NCBI RefSeq assembly: GCF_006345805.1
Contig: NC_043015.1
Location: forward strand, 29,946,001-30,010,000
From: Octopus sinensis
Lineage: Eukaryota
Length of the DNA stretch: 64,000 nucleotides
Reading direction: 5' to 3'
Shown here: piece by piece, positions 1-11,230 of the stretch
Numbering within the stretch: the stretch's first letter is position 1
Layout: each line of letters begins with the position of its first letter
Notes under the pieces: model-generated
Database searches by the model: none
Told to the model about the DNA's origin: nothing
The model's input: only the letters and a program-made list of their open reading frames with translations
Translations under genes and position numbers: made by a program

Positions 1-1759
1 GTAGCATGGTGCAGAGATATCAGATATTGTCAGGGTTACATATCCTATGGGCTCTGTCAATGGCCTCTCTTTCACCTAAGTTGGAAATGTGGGGAGTAAA
101 GCTGATTTATTGAAAGCAGTGGGAGCTCTATAAAATTGATGGGTGTTCCATAATTTGCAGTGTGAGTTGAAATTTGTCCTATGGGAATGGCATGGTGATT
201 GAAGGTTGGGCTTACTTGCCTCAGGCACACTCTACATAAAGCCAAACGAAGGCTTTTGTTGTTCTTCAGCTGTTTTGGGTTCACCATAGCTAGCATTTTA
301 TATATGTGTATATATATATATATATAGTGATGACTGAAAAACTTTGAGATATTTATTTTCTTGGTGGAGATTTAACAAAAAAAATGCTCCATCATTAAAG
401 ACTACCAAAGTAACAGCAGTGAATTCCTTAGAAAAGCAGTTTCACTGTCACTTTGTTGCTTGTAGTTATATATATCTTCTCATACATTTCCCAATAATAA
501 ACATCACAACAACACCTACAACATTGAGACCTTATAAATAACACAAGGTAACTCTCCTCCTTCAACTTGTAATTCTCGTTACGGTATCTGAAGAAGCTGA
601 AAGCTCAGCTCAGCACAGCTCAGCGCAATTCAACCCAGCCACCTCTCAAATAAATATCCACCTTTAACAAAAAAAAAAGCTAGGATACCATCTCTCTCTC
701 TCTTTCTCCCTCACTTATGTGGCTTAAACTCTGAACATGTCAACATTAAACTGGTTAATAGATCCTGTGGTTGTATAGTCTATGCAAACTTAGGTATTGC
801 AACGATAGAAACTCCAGGGAGAAGTAATTCAGTTTATTCATCGTTTTATATAAACGAAAGACAACCGCAAAATGGTGAACTGACAGAATTGTTTGTGTTG
901 CACAAAAAATGCTTCGTGGCATTTTTTCTGATTTCAAGTTCCCATCAGGGTCAACTTGGCCCTTTCATCCTTTCGGGGTTGAAAAAATAAGTCCCAGTTG
1001 AGCACTGGAATTGGTGTAATTAATTGACTTACAATTTCCCATTAAAATTGCTGGCCTTGTGCCAAAATTTTGTAACGATAATTAAAGGGAGTCGGTACAC
1101 TTTTTATGCAGCTAATTTCTTAGTTGTATTTCAGAGAGATGACACAGACCAGGTTTAGAAGGGGGAAAGACAAGTGCTGGGGTTAACCTGTTCGACTTAA
1201 ACCCTTCAAGGTGTTGCTCCAGCATGACCGCAGGCCAATGACGGAAACCAGTTAAGAACTAACCGATATACTTTTACTGACATTTTTACCACACATTCTC
1301 CCCCACCATCACCACCACTCCAATTGAAAAGGAAAAACAAAGAGAATAACTGGTTCATATCAATTTTCTATGCTAGCATGGGTGGGTGGGAGATGTTTAC
1401 ACACATATATACACACAATAACTTGATGTGGGTTCAGGTGTATGTAATTGATGCCAAGACTTCACCTGTGTTAGAATTGTTTCCGAGGCAATAGTACTAA
1501 TACAGTGACTTAAGGTAGTATAGATCAAATACAATTGCACACACAGACACACACACACTATTTTGGCTCAAGTCACATAATACATTTGACTAAAGTGAAA
1601 GTACTTAGTTTAGAATATAAACAAACCATTGAAATTAGGATGTAAGGACTTTACAATTAATGATACCAGCTGTGTGTGTATGTAACTCTCCTTATCCCAG
1701 TTATCTATCAATCTATCTATCTAGCATGATGTGTTAGAATAAATTTATAATGTATATTA

Positions 1760-2470
1760 GCGACAGAGGCAGTATTAATACCAAAAAAAGTAATATTTAA
1801 CCCTCGCTTAAACAGGGATGTTCTGTTAGAACAAGCTATACTGTGGTAGATCCTATGAGAGAACCTCTCATATTGGCTTTCAGTGCAAAATGCACTCCTG
1901 TTTATATCACTAGCAGGGAGATAAATCCTCACCACCTCCAGCACTGAGACCACCAGATCATGTGATTTCGACCTTGTTTGGTCTTGCCAATGATGGATGC
2001 TCACCTGCCTGAGGCAGTAGCGATTCATCTCCCCGTGGTACTCCTCTACACCTAAGAATGCAAAGTACCAACACTGTTGTTTCTATATACAGGATTGTAC
2101 CAAAATGCAACAGAAGGAACTGTTCTTATTAGTTTTCTTTTTATTAACTCCACAGAGAGTTGAAGGGTTATCAACAATATATCCTTCCAAATCCTCGTGT
2201 TGTGTGTAATCCTAATTATTTCCAGGTTTATGTTGAAAGTTGCTGAGATAATTCTTGGGCCTGTTGGTTCCCAGCAAATTAGGGATCCCTGTGCACTATT
2301 AGCATGATTACCACGCTGCATGTATGCAAGGGGCATCATGTCTCTTCATGTCTTGAGGTTAGTCTTCTCCAGCCTTTCTTTCTTGAAACAGGCCGAGTTT
2401 GTTTTGCTTTCTGTTGATCTTTCTTTTCATAGCGAGAAATGATGTTTCCACACAGCAGGGGCTGCTAACC
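1760..2470 (-). mobile_element. Degenerate RTE-clade LINE endonuclease fragment
   Basis: Frameshifted peptides SRHEET.CPLHTCSVVIML and QGSLICWEPTGPRIISATF resemble the RTE AP-endonuclease segment (GHEE..APHTQGVALML..ALI.WE..GPRII.A.F). Confidence 0.6.
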
Positions 2471-4287
2471 CGAGCCCAGATCTGTTGGACTAGCAGCCTC
2501 TTAGTGTTATGCCCACAGACATATTACAGTAGGTACCATCCTTTGTATTTCCTGGAGGGAATAGCCCTATACCTATATGGTGGGGGGGGGGGTCTGATTT
2601 CTATAGAACTTAATGAGTACTAACTCCCTAATGTACCTGTATCAATGCAAAAAATATATAAATGATAAATATTCCTATTCCATATTGATTTACTTCCGTA
2701 GATAGTCCTTAAAAAGGATGAGATAGTTGTAAGAACAATCCCACCTAATTTCAATTTAGCTTCTCATTTTGTCTTGGTCAACAAAAAAATAGGTACAAGC
2801 AATTCTATTAGGGAGCTGGGGGTGTGGAGGGAAACCACCCTAACTTTCCCCCCCCCCCGTGTTGTCTTTGCTCCAACCCACCACTTCTACTACTACCCAC
2901 CCTTACATTGAGGGATAAATGGGAATCACTTCCTAACCCCATTGAGGAAGGGTACCTCATCACCTCTACCCTCTTGATGTAGGAAGAACCACCTCTACCC
3001 TTTTGGGGAAGCAGAGAAACACCCCTTTACACTGAGGGAAAGGAAATGCTACTATCCCTTTCAAAGGGGTGAAAACCAGCTCTACTTTCTCAAGGGGATG
3101 GAGATCAACCACCCCTAACTTCTTGTGTCACCTCTGCTCCTACCCTATCTCCCTCCACCCTTATATTTCCACATTTCTTCTTAAATTTAGTTGGTAGACC
3201 TGTAATAAAAGCAGCAGTAGTGTTTGTTGTTGTTGTTATTGTAATGTTATACATATCGCTTTATGACCAATATAGAGTAGGCAGGAAGGGTGGCTAAAGT
3301 TTGTCTGTGCTTGAAACTCTAAACCTAGCCCTTTTTTCAGAAAATGACAGCAACCATGAATCATTCGTTTTGGTTAGGGGTTTGTGGTTTTTTTCATTTT
3401 TTTTAATTATTATTTTTTGGTTTCCATATATATATATACACATATATATATATATGTATGTGTATATATGTGAATTTTTTTTTTTCTTCTTCCCTATTTT
3501 TAAACCTTCTTGTGCCTAAAAGTTAGTTTCCACTGATTGGAAAATATATATATATATATATATAATTTAGATGAAAAAAAAAGTGTAACAGAAAAGAAGA
3601 AAAATTTGAAAAAAAAAAAAAAAGAAAAAAAAATACAATTTTAAAGATCTGGCCATTGCTTTTCTTATTAACTGGTTCTGCCAATTATTACGAGTATCTT
3701 GTGTATTTCTTTAAAGTAAAAGAAAAGAAAAAAAGAAACAAAAAAGAAAAAATATTACCCAAAAAAACTAACAATAATGAAAAAATATTAAAAAAAAAAA
3801 ACTGTACACGGCGGAGCAGGGTGTAGGAACCAGAAGCAATGACTTCAAAGAATGATTGCGTGTGTATATGTGTGGTTGGATGAGAGAGAGTCTGTGTAAT
3901 AAAGATGTTGACAAAAAAATAAATAAATAAACTTTTCTTCACTGCCATGTTTAAATTATTCCTATGATTTCATTGACTTGAGATTAATAAAAATTAATGA
4001 TTATTAATTAACGCTCGTCTCCATCTGTAATGTGTGTGCATGTAAATATATTTCTATGTATATTTCAGCGCTTTCATTTCAGATCATCTCTCTCTCTCTC
4101 TCTTGACTTGATTTCTTCCTGTTCTGTTTGTCAGATGAAGGGGCCCCCTGTGATCAATAAAAGTACTGATAATGTAGTGAGATCAATACCGTCGCAGTAG
4201 TCACGCGGACATGAACAAACCAACACCAATTCTCTCTCTCTCTCTCTATCTCTTATGATAAATCTACCTATATATATATGTATATAT

Positions 4288-4717
4288 AAATATAAGAGGG
4301 AACCACTATTTGGAAACCCTTATGCTTGAAAAAGATCCACTATGGTCTCAACCACTAAGAATTGTTCTCCAGAACATTTAGCACACAAGCAAGACAAATG
4401 AAAAATAAAAAAAATATTGATTAATCACAATTAATAAATTACGTAATTTTACTTACACAACTTATCTGTAGATCGTCAGTGTGATCCTCTTTGCAAGATA
4501 TAATTTGTAGAACTACACGCCAGATATCAATACAAGGTCGAAAATGCATGTAGTTCAACCTATTATATTTGCAGCTATTTTCAAAGGTCCTCATTTGTCT
4601 GGCTCACTTACGTTTCTGGTGTGCTAAATGTTCTGGAGAACAATTCTTAATGGTTGAGACCATAGCGGATCTTTTTCTAGCATAAGGGTTTCCAAATAGT
4701 GGTTCCCTCTTATATTT
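4288..4717. mobile_element. MITE-like element with ~99-bp terminal inverted repeats
   Basis: 4288-4386 is the reverse complement of 4619-4717 with about 3 mismatches; TA-rich flanks; no ORF inside. Confidence 0.75.
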
Positions 4718-5113
4718 ATGTATAAAATACTATTTACTGGATCTCAATTTTTTATATGCTAGACCACTGGTGTTAAATTGATGTTATAAAATTAATATCC
4801 AATTTTTCACCCTCATTTTGATTTATATATATATAAAATTAGAAAAAAACACCTTTTATCAATTCAAAATGAACAATTAAATTACACCATCTAGAAAATT
4901 ACATATAATAGAAATATTAAAATTAAAATAGCAATAATATACCGATGATTAAGTAAATTGCAAAAAAATAATAAAAATGTATATAATTGGTAGAATAATG
5001 ACACGTGTTTCGTGGCTGTATTTAAGAAATGATTATAGTAAAAAAAATAAAAGAGTATACATATTACTCTCTCTCTGTCTCTCTCTCTTCACACACACAC
5101 ATATATATATATA

Positions 5114-6369
5114 TTGGGTTGGCAACTAAGTTCCCGCGGTTTTTTAAAATTTTGGAATCTATTTTTTTTGAGAACTCTCTTTTTGAATCATTTTGGAATC
5201 TATTTCGTTTTCTTTCTAGTTAATTTTAGTTAATTTTTATTTATTTTCAGATTCATTAAAATGGAATGTCAAGTTAAGGAAAGTGAGCATTTTCAACACC
5301 TCTTTCTTTTAGCTTTTAATCAAGGTTCTAAGACCGCAAAAGCTGTTCGCGACACTTGTGCTGAGTATGGAGAGGGTGCCATAGCTGAAGGAACCACTTG
5401 TGATTTGTATGCCAAGTTCAAAAATGGAAATTTTGACCTCAAAGACGCACCTCGTTCTGGCTGTCCAGTTGAGTTAGATGTAGAGCGATTAAACCAAATT
5501 TTGCACGAAAATTCTCGTCAAACGACAAGGGAACTGACAGAGAAAATGGAATGCTCCCACACTGCTATAGAGAAGCATCTTCACTCGATGGGAAAGGTTC
5601 AGAAGTATGGAGCATGGGTTCCGCATACTTTAAGTGACAACAACAAAAATCAACGAGCCACAATCTCCGCTGGTTTGCTTGCTCATCACCGCTCAACTCA
5701 TGAACATGAGCAACGATTTCTTTACCGAATCGTTACTGGCGACGAAAAATGATGCCTGTACATCAATATGAAGCAGCGTAAGGAATGGCTTAGCCCCGGT
5801 AAACAAACGATACCGTGCATGAAACAAGATCTTCATCCGCGTAAAACAATGTGCGTATGGTGGGACTGGGAAGTGATTATCCATTAAGAATTGCTTGAAC
5901 GGAACCAAACGATCAACATGGAACTCTATGTTCAACAGATGGAACGACTCAACACGGCTATTCTAGAGAAAATACCTAATCGGCAGCATGGAGTTCTGCT
6001 GCACGGCAACGCCCGTCCTCATATGGCCAATATGACCAAGGAAGCCATTCAAACGCATGGCTGGGAAGTGCTGCACCACCCGCCATACTCTCCTGATTTG
6101 GCACCAAAGGATTTCCACCTCTTTCCACCTCTTTCAAATGCTATGTTTGGAGTTTCGTTCAATACCTTGCAGAATTGAGAGCTTGGATCAATTTTTCGAG
6201 TCGAAATCGGGTGATTTCTACCAACAAGGTATTGAAAATCTTGTTGAACGTTGGGAAGAAGTTGTAAACAACAAGGGTGAATACATTATTGATTAATTAG
6301 TTATTTTTTATTAAGCCTTTTAAAAAATTTTAATTTAACAACATGGCGGGAACTTAGTTGCCAACCCAA
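5114..6369 (+). mobile_element. Full-length, inactivated mariner (Tc1/mariner DD34D) transposon
   Basis: TIRs TTGGGTTGGCAACTAAGTTCCCGC at both ends with a TA target duplication; transposase from 5261 with WVPHTL, TGDEK and HPPYSPDLAPKD motifs. Confidence 0.95.
5261..6296 (+). pseudogene. Mariner transposase pseudogene
   Basis: TGA replaces Trp after GDEK (5750), further stop and frameshifts follow, second catalytic Asp is mutated (HGNARPH). Confidence 0.92.
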
Positions 6370-6767
6370 TATATGAGATGCGTGGCCTACTAGTTAAGAT
6401 ATTTTTCTTGTACGTCATAACATCATGGGTTGAATTACTGATCCACTCAGTACACTGAGTCCTTGAGCAAGGCTCTTCCTTTTATGTTACTCTTCTCCAT
6501 TTCAGCTGTAATGACTACCAGCCTAGTGCTGATGCTGCTATTTTCTCCCCCCCCCCCCACCCCCACCCACCCGTCACCTCTTGGTTGTTCTGCAAGTCAA
6601 GGATGAGTAGACTATGCCTAAAACAATTACTGAAGACATGGCAAATGTTATCAAGCCATACTCTCTCTTGAGTGTCACGGCTGGTTGCACTGTACTTCAC
6701 ACACTTTATTATATAAATGTATACTCTAAAGCTACAAAATTATGAATATATAATCTGATATATATGG

Positions 6768-6903
6768 CCTCTTGGAGCTAATCAACAACAGCAATCGTCC
6801 TATATTTCTGGACTGCCATATTAGCTTGGCGATAACTATTAATATCCAGTACCGCTGCCGTAGTCTCCTTTAGAGAGACTTTGAAATTGTAATATTTCTA
6901 TTT
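6768..6903. repeat. Unclassified dispersed repeat (copies also at ~7100-7200 and ~21455-21610)
   Basis: Shared GGCCTCTTGGAGCTAATC...GCCATATTAGCTTGGCGATAACT...TCTCCTTTAGAGAGACT. Confidence 0.7.
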
Positions 6904-7228
6904 TTGAAAACCAGTGGATGTATTCCACTTAATTTAGGTAAATAATCCTTCAAACAGACGGTTAGTAGCGACACCTGCTGGGTTCGGCTGTTCTGCATTG
7001 ATAAGTGGCAAATACCCTGAAACTAGTCTGCAGATGCCTGACCAGCAAGGAGAAGCAGCTGACCTCCCCTGTTCGAAGGTTATAATGGACACAGGTCCGT
7101 GTGTCACATAGCTAGCTAGAGGTGATGACCCCTTGGAACTAATCCACGGCAGCATTCGTCCTATATTTCTGGACTGCCATATCAGCTTGGCGATAACTAT
7201 TAAAATCTGATATATAATTATATATATA

Positions 7229-7623
7229 GGCGCAGGAGTGGCTGTGTGGTAAGTAGCTTGTTTACCAACCACATGATTCCGGGTTCAGTCCCACTGCGTG
7301 GCACCTTGGGCAAGTGTCTTCTACTATAGCCTCGGGCCAACCAAAGCCTTGTGAGTGGATTTGGTAGGCGGAAACTGAAAGAAGCCTGTCGTATATATGT
7401 ATATATATATGTGTTTGTGTGTCTCTGTTTGTCCCACTAGCATTGCTTGACAACCGATGCTGGTGTGTTTATGTCCCCGTAACTTAGCAGTTCAGCAAAA
7501 GAGACTGATAGAATAAGTACTAGGCTCACAAAGAATAAGTCCTGGGGTCAATTTACTCGACTAGAAGGCGGTGTTCCAGCATGGCCGCAGTCAAATGACT
7601 GAAACAAGTAAAAGAGTAAAGAG
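7229..7623 (+). mobile_element. tRNA-derived SINE, family A
   Basis: Head with A-box TGGCTGTGTGG and B-box GGTTCAGTCCC, internal TA/TG microsatellite, tail CAGCATGGCCGCAGTCAAATGACTGAAACAAGTAAAAGAG. Confidence 0.9.
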
Positions 7624-8049
7624 TATATGAATATCCAAATATATAAATATAAACACAGGCTCGGGCTTTTACAGACAGGATCACAGTTCTTCAGTAGGTT
7701 TAATTTTTGAATATATGGCAAAGACTGCAACGTTTTCCAAATTGAATGAAAAGTAAAACACGAAAGCAGCAAATCTTTATGTAAAAGTGTGCAATGCTTG
7801 AAATATGATCTTAAGCAATCTATTTAAACAAAACACACTTCTGCAGCTGAACATAGACAAATAATGCTGTAATAAGCTCAGATTTCCAACTAACCAAGCT
7901 TTATGAATATTAGCAAGTTGAAAGTGATTTTTCTTGTGCCATAATGAAGTCATAAAAGAATCATCCATAACTTGCAGTGAGCAACATTTATTAAACGTTA
8001 TTACTGTTATTTCTTTATTTTCAGCAAGCAAAATGCCCCCAAAAGCTAC

Positions 8050-8432
8050 ACATTTGCATTATGTTATATATACAATAATAATAAAGGACGTTACCGTATA
8101 CAGTTTTACAAACCAAGGACGTTATATAGACTTCCTTGACTCAAGTTAGAGAAGGGGTGCGTATTATACACAAGATTTAAGTTTTTCAGAGGTACAGCCC
8201 CCTAAAAATCCCCTGTGTATACACGTTTGCATTATGTTATATGTTCAATAATAACAAAGGACGTTACCGTATACAGTTTTACAAACCAAGGACATTATAT
8301 AGACCTCTTTGATTCAAGTTAGAGAAGGGGTGCGTATTATACACAAGGTTTAAGTTTTTCAGATGTACAGCCCCCTAAAAATCCCCTGCGTATTATACTC
8401 AAGGGTGGACTATACTCGAGGATTTACGGTAT
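8050..8432. mobile_element. Tc2/pogo-like element end with a ~175-bp internal tandem duplication
   Basis: Two direct copies (~8050-8225 and ~8225-8390); terminus TATACTCGAGGATTTACGGTA resembles Tc2-type TIRs; partner TIR not found. Confidence 0.45.
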
Positions 8433-8989
8433 GTTCATTTAAAAATATTGCTGGGTGGCTTGTGTTAGGAAGAGCTTTCAGCTGTAAAAATCCTGCCAAA
8501 ACAGTCACAAGTTTGGTGCAGGCTTCTGCCTGGGTCAGCTCCTGTCAAACCGTTCCATCCATGCCAGCATGGAAGGCAGACATTAAACAATGATGGTGAT
8601 ATACATATAATGGGATTCTTTCGGTTTTGGTCTACCAAATCTACTGATAAAGCTTTGGTCAGCCTGAGGCTATAATAGAAGACACTTGACCAAGGTGCCA
8701 TGCAGTGGGATTGAACCCAAGATCACATAATTGGGAAGCAAGCTTCTTAACCCCACAGCCTGTGCATGTTACCAGTAAAAATTTGTTAGAAGCAAATTTC
8801 CCAAACACAAGGAAATGCTGCACAAGTTTACAGGGAACTCTTAAACTGCATAACCAAAATTATTGAAACCCTTCAAAAGATTTCAAAAATTTCCTCCCAT
8901 CTCACCCATCTTTTTCGGGTCTCTCTTTAAACTTTGGCTGAGGAATCTAAACCTGGAGATATAAACAACCGCTGGAACAAATGCCAACA

Positions 8990-9175
8990 TTCAATTGGAA
9001 AAATGATAATTTCTTTTGGGATGTTGGTTGAGTCAGTTTGCAACCTTCGTCCATCGTCTCATGAGAATCATCCTGTCTCTTGGAATCTTGCTCCTATTTG
9101 TTTTGGCCTTGTGCTCTGGGACATATTTCTGGCATACGGCTTGCACAGAAGACATGACACATTCTAGTTTCATGT
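8990..9175 (-). mobile_element. Probable LINE ORF2 fragment (CR1/L2 group)
   Basis: [25 protein letters not shown] resembles the endonuclease-RT linker of this LINE group. Confidence 0.4.
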
Positions 9176-9493
9176 CAATATATATATACACATATATATA
9201 TACATACATACACACATATATATATACATACACATATATATATATATATACATAGATATGTATGTATATATATACATAGATATGTATGTACATATGTACA
9301 TAGATATATATGTACATATATACATGACAAGTTAGACTTTTTTAGTGTAAAACAGTAACATTGAAGGAAGCTGGTGAAACTGAATTGCCAGATTTGTCAG
9401 AATATTAATTAACTCTTTACATCGTATCATTAAATAATGCCACAGCTGAATGAGCTTTTTGTTTTCGAGAATATTCTCCACCAAAACTAAATT

Positions 9494-9895
9494 GGCGCAG
9501 GAGTGGCTGTGTGGTAAGTAGCTTGCTAACCAACCACATGGTTCCGGGTTCAGTCCCACTGCGTGGCATCTTGGGCAAGTGTCTTCTGCTATAGCCCCGG
9601 GCCGACCAATGCCTTGTGAGTGGATTTGGTAGACGGAAACTGAAAGAAGCCTGTCGTATATATGTATATATATATATATGTATGTGTGTCTGTGATTGTT
9701 CCCCTAGCATTGCTTGACAACCGATGCTGGTGTGTTTATGTCCCTGTCACTTAGCAGTTCGGCAAAAAGAGACCAATAGGATAAGTACTGGGCTTACAAA
9801 GAATAAGTCCCGGGGTCGAGTTGCTCGATTAAAGGCGGTGCTCCAGCATGGCCGCAGTTAAATGACTGAAACAAGTAAAAGAGTAAAAGAGAGAG
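9494..9895 (+). mobile_element. SINE family A
   Basis: Full-length match to the 7229 copy. Confidence 0.9.
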
Positions 9896-10426
9896 AGGGA
9901 ATTTGGACAGGATTGGATCTGCTCTCATCAAGTTTTAAGACTAGAAGTGAAACTTGAAGAACGAAACATTTGTTGCAGCGATTTTTAACCTCAGGAAGAC
10001 CATGCTGGAGTTCAACTCGAGCATTTACAAATATGAAAAAGAAATTATTGAAGAAGAGAATGAAATTTTTGGTGCTTTAAATATTTTATCTTTAAAGGTA
10101 AGAATTCTGTTGTATATCATATTGATTTCAAATTTTGTTAATATTGGAAAAAGTGGAAAAAGTTTAAAATCCCACCAAATTCTTTATTAAAAGGAAATTC
10201 ATTAAAACACGAGTCTAACAGTATTTTTTAATCCTGTTTCAGTCATTGGATTGCAGCCATGCTGGAGCACTGCCCTGAATAGTTGTAATTGAACAAGATA
10301 ATTCCAGTACTTTTGTTTTTTAAATATTTTTCTGAAGTTTGGTGCTTCTTTGATCTGTCGCTTTTGCCAACCCACTATGTTACAGGGCCGTAAACAAACC
10401 AACACTAAATGCCAGGCAGTGATCAT

Positions 10427-10745
10427 CATCATCATCATCATTTAACGTCTGCTTTCCATGCTAGCATGGGTTGGACGATTTTGACTGAGGTCTGGCGAAC
10501 CAGGCTCCAGTCTGATCTGGCAGAGTTTCTACAGCTGGATGCCCTTCCTAACGCCAACCACTGTGAGTGTAGTGGGTGCTTTTACGTGCCACTGGCATGA
10601 GGCCCAGTTTGGTGGTACTGGCAACGGCCATGCCTAAATGGTGCCTTTTATGTGCCACCTGCACAGGAGCCAGTCCACCAGCACTGGCGACGACCTCACT
10701 CGAATGTTTCACGTGCCACCAGCACAAGTGCTAGTAAGGCGATCA
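10427..10745 (-). mobile_element. SINE family C ((GAT)n tail, GGATGCCCTTCCTAACGCCAACC core)
   Basis: Same consensus recurs at about 17694, 24940, 27246, 33864, 39930, 48850, 53720, 54893, 55600, 55975, 57875 and 58925. Confidence 0.85.
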
Positions 10746-10999
10746 CGCTCGAATGGGGAAGAAACAAATACTGATACAAAGATGCACAACATAAATGTAT
10801 CCAGATTTAGAGAATGGAGGAGATAAAAATCCAGGCTACATATGTTTCCTAGTTAGCAGAACCTTGGAATTTGTAATTACTCAACAAGGGGAACTCCGCT
10901 AGCTGCTGATTGAGCCAAAGATACTTTAGTGAAAAGAAGGTTACATTGTCATCAAAGGATCACATGTTAACTTCCAGGAGATTTGATATATATATATAT

Positions 11000-11199
11000 G
11001 CCCGGATAGCCACTCTGGCAGGCTATGCAGACGATACAAAAGTCTCGCAGAAAATACAGAACCCCAGCGATGTTGCACCCCTGCAGCAGGAGTTGGACGC
11101 AATCTACAGATGGGCTGAGGATAATAATATGCAGTTTAATGCTGAAAAATTCCAGGCCCTGCACTACCAGCATCCAAAACTGAATATTAAACTTACAGG
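11000..11199 (+). mobile_element. Internal LINE RT fragment, inverted relative to 12036-12235
   Basis: Encodes YADDTKVSQKIQNPSDV...QFNAEKFQAL; about 96% identical to the minus-strand copy. Confidence 0.9.
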
Positions 11200-11230
11200 T
11201 TATATTCAAATATATATACATATATTTTTT

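Noticed and set aside
72-296. 74-aa minus-strand ORF at the window start
   Set aside because: No recognisable domain or splice context; at most a decayed LINE 3' fragment
2005-2051. Neat minus-strand mini-exon GVEEYHGEMNRYCLRQ with AG/GT sites
   Set aside because: It lies within the degenerate RTE endonuclease fragment and has no partner exons
7229-7310. tRNA genes at SINE heads (also 50100-50180 and 62356-62430)
   Set aside because: A and B boxes are present but each runs straight into a SINE body, and acceptor stems are incomplete
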